This document shows, one piece after another, positions 39,199 to 49,031 of a DNA stretch of 64,000 bases (within the stretch, counting starts at the first letter, position 1; the number at the start of each line of letters is the position of its first letter). Under the pieces are notes generated by a model. The model was not told the DNA's origin. It made no database searches and was given only the letters and a program-made list of their open reading frames with translations. Source of the stretch: a virus; the IMG/VR virus record IMGVR_UViG_3300014050_000006, positions 32,001 through 96,000 of that record; one strand, written 5' to 3'. The translations under genes were made by a program, and so were the position numbers.

Positions 39199-39723
39199 TT
39201 ATAAATTTTCTAGATTCCTCATGTAGCTGGTATAAGTATAAGGTCTTGTTGGATCTTGATAAATATCATCTCCAGCAACTTGAAGAGGTTTTGCTTCATT
39301 AAGATTATAATTTTTAGTTAATATTTGTAGTTCGTCATTGATTTGTCTTCTTAATTCTGCATAAGTTTTTGCTAATTCATTTTTATTTACTTTTCTAGAA
39401 GAAAATCCATTTTCATTAATTTCTATTGTACTATCTGTGCTAGCTGCACCAAGAGCATTTCTAAAAAGTCTTTCATAATAATGAATACTATAAAGCATTT
39501 TAAATATACTTTTTTCAATATCTCCAAAAGTATCATCAAGTCCTTCTGGTACAGTTACTTCGTAAGTGTCCTCGCTTATATAAAATTTCTTATTAATTAA
39601 AATATTAAGATCGCCAATATTAGTTCTTAACCAAAAAGCAATACTAGCATGACTAAGATCATTTGGTTCACCTAATTCACGATATATTTCATCTGCAATA
39701 TCTACAATTTTATTAGTGGTCAT
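39199..39723 (-). CDS. Putative head-tail adaptor
   Basis: 174 aa helical protein, first gene of the neck cluster. Confidence 0.55.
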   Translation of the reverse strand: MTTNKIVDIADEIYRELGEPNDLSHASIAFWLRTNIGDLNILINKKFYISEDTYEVTVPEGLDDTFGDIEKSIFKMLYSIHYYERLFRNALGAASTDSTIEINENGFSSRKVNKNELAKTYAELRRQINDELQILTKNYNLNEAKPLQVAGDDIYQDPTRPYTYTSYMRNLENL

Positions 39724-39733
39724 ATAATAGATA

Positions 39734-39739
39734 TTACAC
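39734..39739 (-). promoter_or_regulatory. GTGTAA late-promoter-like motif
   Basis: 10 nt upstream of the adaptor ATG. Confidence 0.65.
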
Positions 39740-39786
39740 TATATAATATAGTTTATACATTATATCAATAATAAAATATTTAAGTT

Positions 39787-40011
39787 ATTTACCTTGACCC
39801 ACAGAGGACCAACTTTTCCATTAATTTCTTAAAGGGTTGGACTATATCTTTAGCTTTTTAAGCTATTGGGCGCTCTTGCTGGTTATTAAGAGAAACCATT
39901 TTCTCTCCAGTAGTCTCTACACCTTTTAAGGGATGGCCCTTAACTTGGCTCGGTATTATCATCAGCATTATCTGTTAAGACTTCACCGAGTTCACCCAAA
40001 CACAGGCAAAT
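39787..40011 (-). ncRNA. Group I ribozyme/intron core (IA-like, ORF-less, intergenic, apparently permuted at L1)
   Basis: Minus-strand elements: P3 UUGGGUG/CGCCCAA; P4 CUCGGU/ACCGAG; P6a UUAAGGG/CCCUUAA; R element GUAGAGACUA; P7.1-type insert; P8 UAGCUU/AAGCUA; S element AAGAUAUAGUCC; P9 with GAAA tetraloop; P9.0 AAC/GUU; omega-G at 39810. Confidence 0.9.
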
Positions 40012-40044
40012 TTTTATTTATTAATTATATAATCTCCTTTCTTG

Positions 40045-40989
40045 TTATAGATTAACTTTATGGGATGCATTCATGTAATGCGCATTTTCTAGATCAACAA
40101 AATGAATCATACTATCAATAATGTTATCTTTTTCTATAAGAACTCCTGCGCGGTAAATATGACCTTTTCTATTATTCATCATGAGACCTCCTTCAGTATG
40201 ATCTAACCACCAATTAACTGTAATCCATTGTTCTGAATTTTCATCATAATATTCATAAATTTCATTTTTTCTTCTTTCATCTACAAATCTTATCCATCTT
40301 ACATCAATAAAAACTTTTTGATTATGAGCAAGATTTTTTTTATCAAAAATGTTAGAAGTATTAATATTAAAATTATAATTTGGCTCTAGTTGCTCTCTTC
40401 CAATATCTGGCTCAATAGTAGAATATATTTGATTTTCATTTGCTTTTTTAACAGTTGTATTATCTATTGGATAATACGAGTAATATCCGTTATATACTGC
40501 GAAAGGTGTATTATCGTATGAATATGATTGATCAATAATACTAATATAATCTGAATAAATATATGCTATTTCAGCATAATCTGCAATTAAAATCCATTCA
40601 TTAATAAATTCTTGAGCTGGATTTCCTGCATTTATATAATACCCATTATTTGATGAAATAAGATACTGATCATTAGGATTTAATCTTGTATATGTACCAT
40701 TTACATTTCCTTCCGAAAAACCTTGAATAACTATTTGATTAACAAAATTAAGGAATCTCTCTTTTTTCAATCTTTGTGCTTTTTGAGTTCCTAAAAATTC
40801 AAAAGAATTTGTTGTTTTATTATAATTATAAATATGCCTTGCTACAAAAGAATATCGTGATGCAGGAGGACTAAGCTCAAACAATACTGGGTTATCATAC
40901 TCTACTTTAGTATATCTAAAATTATTAAATTCCGTTGGATTTATTTTTTTTCTTCGAGAACTAATAATACCTGCTTGAGATGCTATCAT
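40045..40989 (-). CDS. Hypothetical virion-associated protein
   Basis: 314-aa ORF containing a copy of the IxIxG..NGxY..W module; no homing-endonuclease motif seen. Confidence 0.7.
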   Translation of the reverse strand: MIASQAGIISSRRKKINPTEFNNFRYTKVEYDNPVLFELSPPASRYSFVARHIYNYNKTTNSFEFLGTQKAQRLKKERFLNFVNQIVIQGFSEGNVNGTYTRLNPNDQYLISSNNGYYINAGNPAQEFINEWILIADYAEIAYIYSDYISIIDQSYSYDNTPFAVYNGYYSYYPIDNTTVKKANENQIYSTIEPDIGREQLEPNYNFNINTSNIFDKKNLAHNQKVFIDVRWIRFVDERRKNEIYEYYDENSEQWITVNWWLDHTEGGLMMNNRKGHIYRAGVLIEKDNIIDSMIHFVDLENAHYMNASHKVNL

Positions 40990-41897
40990 GGCCCTGTATT
41001 TCCGTACATTATATAACCATTATTTCCAGTATGAAGAATAGATATTGCAGCAAATCTTCCTGCTGTTCTATATTGACTTGCGTATTCATTTATATTTATT
41101 CCAGTAATTAAAATTTGTCCCACGCCAACTTGTATAATTGTTGTATTAAAACCTAAAGGATTGCCAGCCGTTATTGTACCTGTAATTTCAGCTGCTGAAT
41201 TTGCCATGATCATTCTACTACTATAATTTCCAGAAATATTAAAATTAGATGAAACATTAATTATTTCTGGAGTAACATTAATTAAATTAGAATTATTTAA
41301 ATCAATTCCAGAATTAAATATGCCCGTGCTTGTAAAAGTTTTAGATCCACTAATAGTTTGTGTTCCAGAAGTATAAAGTATTCCGCTTGGTAAAGTTACA
41401 GAACCTCCAGCAGCTTCACCACTAAGTAATACTCCCGTGCCATTTACAGTTGGCCTTATTGAAAATGATGAATTACCACTTACTATAATATTTCCGCTAA
41501 CATATAATTTTGTTGTCCCTGTATTTGGAAGTCCACCAAGACCCAATGAATTTCCAGTTAATACAAAATCATTTCTATTAAAAGCGCCCATAATAACAGT
41601 ATTATCATCAAAAGCTTCTATAATTGGAAGACCAGCTATATCATTAACACTGAAAAGAGATCCAGAAAGATTATCTGTTACAGAAAATAAACGACCATTT
41701 GTGCCATCTATAGAAAATCTATCTAATCCAGTAGCATTAGAAACATAACTAGTCAAATTTAATCCACCATAATTATCATAACTCATTCTATTAACAAAGG
41801 CGCCGCCAGTGAAATTAGTATTAAATGAACTACCGCCAGCTGTTCCTGTGGTAAATTCCATTATTCCTGAGTTTGGATTAATTAATATATTAGCCAT
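40986..41897 (-). CDS. Short fibre protein
   Basis: Shares RPTVNGTGVLLSGE and YTxGxQTISGxKTF with the 1505-aa fibre; also has GRLFSVTDNLSGSLFSVNDIAGLP, a common phage fibre segment. Confidence 0.7.
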   Translation of the reverse strand: MANILINPNSGIMEFTTGTAGGSSFNTNFTGGAFVNRMSYDNYGGLNLTSYVSNATGLDRFSIDGTNGRLFSVTDNLSGSLFSVNDIAGLPIIEAFDDNTVIMGAFNRNDFVLTGNSLGLGGLPNTGTTKLYVSGNIIVSGNSSFSIRPTVNGTGVLLSGEAAGGSVTLPSGILYTSGTQTISGSKTFTSTGIFNSGIDLNNSNLINVTPEIINVSSNFNISGNYSSRMIMANSAAEITGTITAGNPLGFNTTIIQVGVGQILITGININEYASQYRTAGRFAAISILHTGNNGYIMYGNTGP

Positions 41898-41907
41898 ATA
41901 GATTAAA

Positions 41908-41913
41908 TTACAC
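41908..41913 (-). promoter_or_regulatory. GTGTAA late-promoter-like motif
   Basis: 10 nt upstream of the ATG at 41897. Confidence 0.65.
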
Positions 41914-42639
41914 TTATGTTAAAAGAAGTCTTCCTTTAAGATTATTATAATTTTGTAATACTTCTAAATCTGTTAAAGCTCGATTATATATTGATTTATA
42001 TAAAAATTTTATATTAGTTGATGTGCCATTTAATGTTGAATTAAATGTTATATAATCTGCAGATGAAGGAGCAATTAAAGTTTTGCCAGATGGACTTTGC
42101 CCTGCTAAAATTCCATTTTTATATACTTTTCCAACTCCAGAAGTTGAATCAAAAGATATTGTTAGAAATAGTCTTTCTGGTATTCTAAAAACGGTATTTG
42201 GTATAAGTAAATCTAAAGTTCCACCACTTTCTGTAGCCCAAAAATAAAATGAAGAAGTTAATGGATTTGCATCAAAACCTGATCTAAACCCTCTAGTTGC
42301 ATAAGATTCGCAAAGCATAAAAGCACTTGTAAATGGTCCAGTAATAGATAAAATATCAATTAAAATATTAATAGTAAAATTATTTGTTAATCCAAGACTT
42401 GTCCATGTTCCTGCAGTAAATACAAATCCACCACCAGAAACTACTGAATTTAATGAACCTCCATAGTCTGATGAATATGTCATTAATGTAGAATATATAT
42501 TTGCGTATAAATTTTTTGTTAAAATATTGTATATAGGAAATGGATTACCAGAACTACTTGGAATAGATATTTTACTATTAGCACTTACTTCTAATACTAA
42601 TCCATTTGTAATTAAATCTGGTCCACCAGCGCAACTCAT
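41914..42639 (-). CDS. LamG/concanavalin A-like lectin protein
   Basis: GPDLITNGLVL start and IYNRALTDLEVLQNYN end. Confidence 0.8.
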   Translation of the reverse strand: MSCAGGPDLITNGLVLEVSANSKISIPSSSGNPFPIYNILTKNLYANIYSTLMTYSSDYGGSLNSVVSGGGFVFTAGTWTSLGLTNNFTINILIDILSITGPFTSAFMLCESYATRGFRSGFDANPLTSSFYFWATESGGTLDLLIPNTVFRIPERLFLTISFDSTSGVGKVYKNGILAGQSPSGKTLIAPSSADYITFNSTLNGTSTNIKFLYKSIYNRALTDLEVLQNYNNLKGRLLLT

Positions 42640-43316
42640 AAATTAAATCTTCCTTTAAGAGCATTATAATTTTGCAGCATTTCAATATCGCCTAATTGTC
42701 TATTATATCTTGCAACATAATAAATATAACCATTTCCATATCTTCCTAGACCATCATCAACTCCAAGATACCAAGGTTGAGCAGTTGGATTTTGAGTTCT
42801 TGTAATAGAATTAGTATTTGTATTTCGTAATATACCATCTAAATAAATTTTATGAATATTACTACCATTTGTAGAAAAACTATACATATGAGGTATAGTA
42901 ATATCTGATATAGTATATGATCCAACTAAATTATACGATGGAGTTTGGTCATAAATATAATATTCAAAATTTTTTGTATTTGGTACAGGATGTATTATAT
43001 GTCCATTTTGTCTTCTAGATGATGAAATCCATCCATCTACATTCCAATTTGTAGTAGCAGATTTTGCCCAAACAATAATAGTTTCACTATATGGATGAAC
43101 AAAATTACTCATATCAACATAATCATTAATTCCATCAAAATATATACTTCCACGTTTATCAGAATTAAAAACTGCACCATTAGTTAAAGTTCCATTTTTA
43201 TTATTATTTAAATCACGCCAAGTTGTTCCACTGCCACTATAACTTTTTGTATTAGCTGCATCAAGACATAAAATAAGGCCATTTGTTATTATTTTAGGAG
43301 AATGATGAAAGCTCAT
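42636..43316 (-). CDS. LamG/concanavalin A-like lectin protein
   Basis: PKIITNGLILCLDAANTKSYSGSGTTWRDL, FDGINDYV and YNRQL..EMLQNYNA. Confidence 0.85.
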   Translation of the reverse strand: MSFHHSPKIITNGLILCLDAANTKSYSGSGTTWRDLNNNKNGTLTNGAVFNSDKRGSIYFDGINDYVDMSNFVHPYSETIIVWAKSATTNWNVDGWISSSRRQNGHIIHPVPNTKNFEYYIYDQTPSYNLVGSYTISDITIPHMYSFSTNGSNIHKIYLDGILRNTNTNSITRTQNPTAQPWYLGVDDGLGRYGNGYIYYVARYNRQLGDIEMLQNYNALKGRFNL

Positions 43317-44120
43317 TTAGTATATTTTCCATTTGTTATTAAGATAGTTTTCTAATTTTGCTTTTTCTAATGATGAAAGAATTTTATTATATATAATAAT
43401 TTCACAAAGATCATTTTTAAAATAATAAGATGATGAACTATATCCTCTACCAATTTCACCATCTCCTGTTCCCCATCCATTAGAACCATCTCCTGCTGTT
43501 CCAGCAGATTGAATACTATTAATAAATAACTTTGTTCTATCTGCCATATTTGCGCCAGCTGTTCCATCATATTCAACATATCCTAAAGTAATTGTATCAT
43601 CTGTTACTGTAGTATTAGAAGATATAGAATTTGGATTTCCTATAGCGCTCATAACTAATGATCCATTAGATCTATAACCTAAATACCAACTAGCGCTACT
43701 TTCAGATGCTGGCATTTTTCTTAAGATTCCACCACCTCCATAAGTATTATCTCTTCCAGTTAAATCTGGTATTGAAACTATAAAAATTGAAAATTTATTT
43801 GTTGTATTTGTAACAAGTAAAGCTGAACTCAATCCTGTATAATAATCGTCTATCCCATCAAATCTTATTGTATTTTTATTATTTCTAACTGATCTTTTGA
43901 ATACTGCTCTAAGACTTGCATTACTTTGAGTAGCATGATAATTATTTCCACTCTTATCTTGCCATCTTCCTACCGCAGTTCCATCAGAAACTACTTGATT
44001 ACCACCAGTATTACTATCAAATAATGTAGAAGTATCATTACCATCTAACCAAAGACTTAAATTACTTATAGTTTTTGGAAAAACACTTTTATCTGGCGTG
44101 GTTCCATATACTGTGGCCAT
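43317..44120 (-). CDS. LamG-like lectin protein
   Basis: LSLWLDG, WQDKSGNNYHATQ, FDGIDDY and EIIIYNKILS..ENYLNNKW. Confidence 0.8.
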   Translation of the reverse strand: MATVYGTTPDKSVFPKTISNLSLWLDGNDTSTLFDSNTGGNQVVSDGTAVGRWQDKSGNNYHATQSNASLRAVFKRSVRNNKNTIRFDGIDDYYTGLSSALLVTNTTNKFSIFIVSIPDLTGRDNTYGGGGILRKMPASESSASWYLGYRSNGSLVMSAIGNPNSISSNTTVTDDTITLGYVEYDGTAGANMADRTKLFINSIQSAGTAGDGSNGWGTGDGEIGRGYSSSSYYFKNDLCEIIIYNKILSSLEKAKLENYLNNKWKIY

Positions 44121-44121
44121 A

Positions 44122-47100
44122 TTAAAACTCCACAGTTAATTTTGGAATATCTTTTCTTTCTGCTGTAAAGCTCCAATAAAATTCATATTCATTTTTATCA
44201 AACCAGCCCCGATTTATTCCTACTACAAAATTATTTTGATTTACATTAACTTCTTTTACGAATAATACTTTATCGTGATTAATGTTTGTGAGTTGAACAT
44301 TTACTTTATCTTCGTTTACTAATGCAGAAATATAATCTGGCAAGTTTACTTTAACTGAATCGGCGCTGATTTTATTTTTATCTGTTAATCTAATTCCATG
44401 ATAAGGAGACTCTAAACTTCCATATTGGAGTTTTTTGCCAATTATTGTTGGATGATCTATTAAGAATGATTTAGAGGCTGCAGAAAGATGACCAGTGATT
44501 GTTGTGTTGCCGCTTACTGTTAGATTGCCTACAATGTTTGTATTATCAAAAACATTAAGAATACCAGAGGCATTTATATTAATATTAGCGCCAGTTAATG
44601 TCAAGTCACGAAGAATACCAGAGTTTGTTTGTTGGGGACCAATTACTAGACCAGAATTAATCCATCCAAGTAATCCAAATTCGCCAGAATTTGTGCCAGT
44701 TGAATTAAATACTCGAAATTGTTGAGCGTTAGTTCCGTTACGTTGAGATAAGATTCCAGCGCCATCTCTTTCTATAAAAATATCTGCAGTAGAAGCACTA
44801 TTTGTTGATATTGATGAAGTAAATCCTATAGTTGTAAATAATGGACCAGAAGTAGATCCTAGATATCTTTTTAATTGTAAATAATTTACATTGCTTTGGG
44901 CGTTTCTAAATGTTAGTGAATTATAATCTGTATTATATGGTATTTGCAATTGTCCACCTTGGACTGTTCCATCGCCCATAGAATATAGATTTATATTTGC
45001 ACCAGATATAACAACATCTCTTAAAATACCAGAGTTTGTTTTTTGAGATGCAAGAATTAATTGATTATTTTGCCAACCTAATAATCCAAATTCGCCAGAG
45101 TTTGTGCCTGTTGAGTTATAGACTCTAAACTGTTGAGCATTGGTTCCATTTCGTTGAGCAAGAATTCCTGCTGAATCACGATATAAATATAAATCTGGAG
45201 TTGACGCTGCATTTCCAACATTATTTGACCATGCATAATAGCCATCTGCTCTAACTTGAGGATATCCATATAATGGTACGAAAAATTGAGCTGCTCCATT
45301 TGGCCCAATGGCAACATTTCCATAACCACCATTTGTTGCATTTCCTTGAAGAGATAAAACATTCGTTCCTGCTGCTATAATATTTGTACCACCTGCCGCA
45401 TTTTTACCAACTCTTAAAGCTCCATCCCCAATGTATACTTCTCCAGTTGTTGTTATATTGATATTTGATCCAGTTATTGTAACATTTCTTAATGTTCCAG
45501 ATTGTGTGGCTTGAGGTCCTATAATTAAATTATTTCCAGCATCCCATCCAAAAAGTCCAAATTCACCAGTATTGGTGCCAGTAATATTATAAACCCTAAA
45601 TTGTTGAGGATTAGTTCCATTGCGTAAAGCAAGAATACCCGAAAGATCTTTCGCTAAAATTAAGTCTTGTGATCCAATATCACTTCCAGCACTCGCTGCG
45701 CTCCATCCAATTGCAGTAGCATTTCTAACTGTAAAAGCATTATTAGATAATATTGCATGAGCATTTCCACCTTGAGTTGCCCCAAAATATAAAGTACTAT
45801 TTGTTCTTCCTATATTTAAAGAGCTAGCTGTATTATGTATAGATGGAATACTTGTACTATAATTTGTTTTATGCGTTAAAGCAATTTGGCTTGTATTATT
45901 TTTCTTTAATTCTAATAAATAACTTGTATCTCCAACTGTATTAGTAACTTTACTATTTGTATCAGTTATATCTATTACTAATCCACTATATGGAATATTT
46001 GCATCATTCCAAGTTCCAGTAATATATAATGCAGGATTTGTTCCTGTGGGTTGAACATTAATAACTACGCCAGAATTAAAAGTCTTTAATCCATTTATTG
46101 TTTGATTGCCTGTAGTAAATACTATATTACTATTTGAAGAATTAATATAACCACTAAGATTATTAATATTTGTTTGTAAAGTTGATCCAGTAGAAGCAAG
46201 ATTTGTAATAGTTGCATAATTAGATGTTAGAGTGCCACTAAGTGAATCTATATTGCTATTTAACGTACTTCCAGTCGAAGCAAGATTACTAATGGTTGCG
46301 TAATTGGATGTTAGTGTACCACTAAGCGAACCTATCTTGCTATCTAACGTACTTCCAGTGTTTGCTAAATTTGATGAAACTGTATTTATATTAGTTTGTA
46401 ATGTAGATCCTGTACTTGCTAAATTTGTTATTGTACTAAAAGTATTATTAACATAACCACTATAGCCACTAAGATCATGATAACCCATTACCTCATCAAG
46501 AGTAGAAATATCTGTTAATCTTGTGCCTTGACCAAAATGCCAGCTCTTTGTTATATTATCAAAACCAAAAATAACTCCACTGTCATTTGTGCCTGTTAAT
46601 CCAATTCCAGTAACAAAGAAAATTCCCCCATCGGTTAATCCACCAGTTAGATTTAAAAGTAAATATGGACTTGCTATATTATTATTTGTTGTATTTAAAA
46701 TTGTTTCTGTGCCAGTAACATAAAGATTATTAATATAAACTTTATCTCTAAAAGTTTTTATTCCGCCTACACTTTGATCGCCATATAACAAAACTGCAGA
46801 ACCACTAAGTGAATTTATATTGTAATTTAATGTACTACCAGTTAACTCTAAATTATTTATTGTAGCATAATTAGAAAGATCTATTCCAGTAATAAATCCA
46901 CTTGGGTTTGAATTAGGATAAAAGCTTCCAGTTTGACCTGTAGTAATGTATGCTGTAAGATTTATACCAGTTAATAAAGGATTTCCACTTACGGTTGGAA
47001 TAACTCCAAAACTAATTTCATTTCCAGAAATTACAAAAAGATTTTCTTGAGTTGCGTCTCCAATTATAATATTTTCAACAAAGTTTTTATCTCCAGAAAT

Positions 47101-48639
47101 AGTTTGGTTTCCAGTTGTATAAACAATAGTTGCTGGTAAAGCAGCAACTTCACCACTTAAAAGAACGCCAGTACCATTTACAGTTGGACGATTATTAAAT
47201 TGACCATTAGATTTTGTAACGTAATCTCCAGTAAGAGTACCACTCAGCGAATTAATATTATTAATTAAAGTTGAACCAGTAGTTGCTAAATTGCTAATCG
47301 TAGCATAAGTTGATGTTAGTGTTCCACTTAATGAATTTATCTCAAAATTTAAAGTAGAGCCAGTTAAAGCAAGATTAGATATTGTTGCATAAGTTAAACT
47401 AGCTGTAGATGAAGTAATATAAGAACTAAGATCAACTCCAGTTATAAAACCACTAGGATTTGATTTAAGATAATAATTATTCGTTAGTGTTCCGCTTAAA
47501 TTATTAATATTTTCATTAAGTGTAGATCCTGTATTTTGTAATTGAATATCTGTTGCGTATGAAGCGTCAAGATTTCCAGTAAATCCTGTAAATAATCCAC
47601 TTAAAAAAATTATTGAATTATTTAAATTAGTTCCAGAAGAATTTAATGCGCCACTTAATGAATTTATTTTATCATTTAAATTTGAACCAGTAGAATTCAA
47701 ATTATTAATAGTTGCATAAATATTAGAAACAGAAGATGAAGTTAAATAATTACCAGTAAGGGTTCCGCTCAAAGAGTTAATATTATTGATTAAAGTATTT
47801 CCAGTAGAAGCTAAATTATTTATTGTAGCATAAGTATTAACTGCAGAATTTATTGTAAGATAATTTCCAGTTAATGTTCCACTTAATAAAGTTATTTTAT
47901 TTTCTAAATTTACGCCAGTTAAATTTAAATTAGATGAAACTGTATTTATATTACTTTGAAGAGTTGATCCAGTAGAAGCTAAGTTATTAGAAATTGACAA
48001 ATCTTGAGCATTTACGTAACCACTTAAATTATCTATTTTTGTATTTAATGTTGAACCAGTATTAGCAAGTTGAGTGTCTGTTGCATATGTTGCATCAAGA
48101 TTTCCAGTAAATCCAGTAAAAGTAGAGTTCAGAGAATTTATATTAGAAGTTAAAGTGGAACCTGTCGCGGCTAGATTTGATATTGTTGCATATGTGGAAG
48201 TTAATGTTCCACTCAATAAAGTTATTTTATTATTTAAATTTGAACCAGTTGAATTTAATTGAGCATCTGTAGCATAAGTATTATCTAAATTTCCAGTATA
48301 TCCAGTAAACAATCCGCTTAAATTATTTATTGAATTACTTAAAGATGAACCAGTACTATTTAAATTAGTTGTTAATGTGTTTACTGCTGATTGAAAATAT
48401 CCACTATTACCAGAAACAAAAATTGTATTAAGTCCAGTTGTATAAATAATATTACCATCTGTGCCAGTTATTATTATATTTTCTGCTGATAGATTATTAA
48501 TGGTAGTTGGATTACCTTTTTCTCCTCTTGGTCCTTGAGGACCAGGAATTGAAATATTAGTAGCTAAAGCTTGAGTTGGTGATGTTACATCAACGCTAAT
48601 CGTGCTAGGCAAATTAACATCTACATTAATATCTGCCAT
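44122..48639 (-). CDS. Long fibre protein with repeat shaft and C-terminal chaperone-like domain
   Basis: Short collagen GPQGPRGEKG; many NLASTGSTL..INSLSG repeats; three GILAQRNGTNAQQFRV..GEFGLLGW repeats; KSFLIDHP...LQYGSLESP C-terminus. Confidence 0.85.
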   Translation of the reverse strand: MADINVDVNLPSTISVDVTSPTQALATNISIPGPQGPRGEKGNPTTINNLSAENIIITGTDGNIIYTTGLNTIFVSGNSGYFQSAVNTLTTNLNSTGSSLSNSINNLSGLFTGYTGNLDNTYATDAQLNSTGSNLNNKITLLSGTLTSTYATISNLAATGSTLTSNINSLNSTFTGFTGNLDATYATDTQLANTGSTLNTKIDNLSGYVNAQDLSISNNLASTGSTLQSNINTVSSNLNLTGVNLENKITLLSGTLTGNYLTINSAVNTYATINNLASTGNTLINNINSLSGTLTGNYLTSSSVSNIYATINNLNSTGSNLNDKINSLSGALNSSGTNLNNSIIFLSGLFTGFTGNLDASYATDIQLQNTGSTLNENINNLSGTLTNNYYLKSNPSGFITGVDLSSYITSSTASLTYATISNLALTGSTLNFEINSLSGTLTSTYATISNLATTGSTLINNINSLSGTLTGDYVTKSNGQFNNRPTVNGTGVLLSGEVAALPATIVYTTGNQTISGDKNFVENIIIGDATQENLFVISGNEISFGVIPTVSGNPLLTGINLTAYITTGQTGSFYPNSNPSGFITGIDLSNYATINNLELTGSTLNYNINSLSGSAVLLYGDQSVGGIKTFRDKVYINNLYVTGTETILNTTNNNIASPYLLLNLTGGLTDGGIFFVTGIGLTGTNDSGVIFGFDNITKSWHFGQGTRLTDISTLDEVMGYHDLSGYSGYVNNTFSTITNLASTGSTLQTNINTVSSNLANTGSTLDSKIGSLSGTLTSNYATISNLASTGSTLNSNIDSLSGTLTSNYATITNLASTGSTLQTNINNLSGYINSSNSNIVFTTGNQTINGLKTFNSGVVINVQPTGTNPALYITGTWNDANIPYSGLVIDITDTNSKVTNTVGDTSYLLELKKNNTSQIALTHKTNYSTSIPSIHNTASSLNIGRTNSTLYFGATQGGNAHAILSNNAFTVRNATAIGWSAASAGSDIGSQDLILAKDLSGILALRNGTNPQQFRVYNITGTNTGEFGLFGWDAGNNLIIGPQATQSGTLRNVTITGSNINITTTGEVYIGDGALRVGKNAAGGTNIIAAGTNVLSLQGNATNGGYGNVAIGPNGAAQFFVPLYGYPQVRADGYYAWSNNVGNAASTPDLYLYRDSAGILAQRNGTNAQQFRVYNSTGTNSGEFGLLGWQNNQLILASQKTNSGILRDVVISGANINLYSMGDGTVQGGQLQIPYNTDYNSLTFRNAQSNVNYLQLKRYLGSTSGPLFTTIGFTSSISTNSASTADIFIERDGAGILSQRNGTNAQQFRVFNSTGTNSGEFGLLGWINSGLVIGPQQTNSGILRDLTLTGANININASGILNVFDNTNIVGNLTVSGNTTITGHLSAASKSFLIDHPTIIGKKLQYGSLESPYHGIRLTDKNKISADSVKVNLPDYISALVNEDKVNVQLTNINHDKVLFVKEVNVNQNNFVVGINRGWFDKNEYEFYWSFTAERKDIPKLTVEF

Positions 48640-48643
48640 AATT

Positions 48644-48991
48644 TTATCTCGTTACTTCTGGTAAAATTGAAAATTTTCCTCGCATTAATTTTATACTATT
48701 TCCAGTTTCTATTCCAGATGGATATCTTTCAATGTCATAAATATGATCACTAACTGGAAGATCCTGTGAGATGTATGAATTAATATTAATTGAAATTATA
48801 CCACTTGAACCATTTCCAGAAATAGTTGGATTTAAATCTAATAAAACTCCTGTAGAGCCATAACTTGCGCGAACTTGACCACGCACACCATAACCACTTA
48901 AATTAATTGCTGTTCCGTTACTATCTTTTAAATTTAATGTTAATTGTAAATAGTCGCCTTGATACCCAGTAATATTATAAGATGTTGCCAT
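48644..48991 (-). CDS. BppU N-terminal-like fibre adaptor (start revised to ATG at 48991)
   Basis: YQGDYLQLTLNLKDSNGTAINLSGY...GQVR...YDIE...LMRGKFSILPEVTR; GTGTAA motif 8 nt upstream of the ATG. Confidence 0.65.
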   Translation of the reverse strand: MATSYNITGYQGDYLQLTLNLKDSNGTAINLSGYGVRGQVRASYGSTGVLLDLNPTISGNGSSGIISININSYISQDLPVSDHIYDIERYPSGIETGNSIKLMRGKFSILPEVTR

Positions 48992-48999
48992 GTAAAATA

Positions 49000-49005
49000 T
49001 TACAC
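49000..49005 (-). promoter_or_regulatory. GTGTAA late-promoter-like motif
   Basis: 8 nt upstream of the ATG at 48991. Confidence 0.65.
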
Positions 49006-49031
49006 GGAACAATTATTTTATCGAAATAAAA

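Noticed and set aside
39724-40044. tRNA or tRNA-intron context for the ribozyme
   Set aside because: The flanks are AT-rich with no cloverleaf halves or T-loop motif.
40045-40989. ORF next to the ribozyme as a homing endonuclease
   Set aside because: No LAGLIDADG, GIY-YIG, HNH or clear PD-(D/E)xK motif; it shares a module with adhesins instead.
46100-48360. Repeated DNA in the long fibre gene as a non-coding repeat array
   Set aside because: These are protein-level shaft repeats with synonymous divergence.
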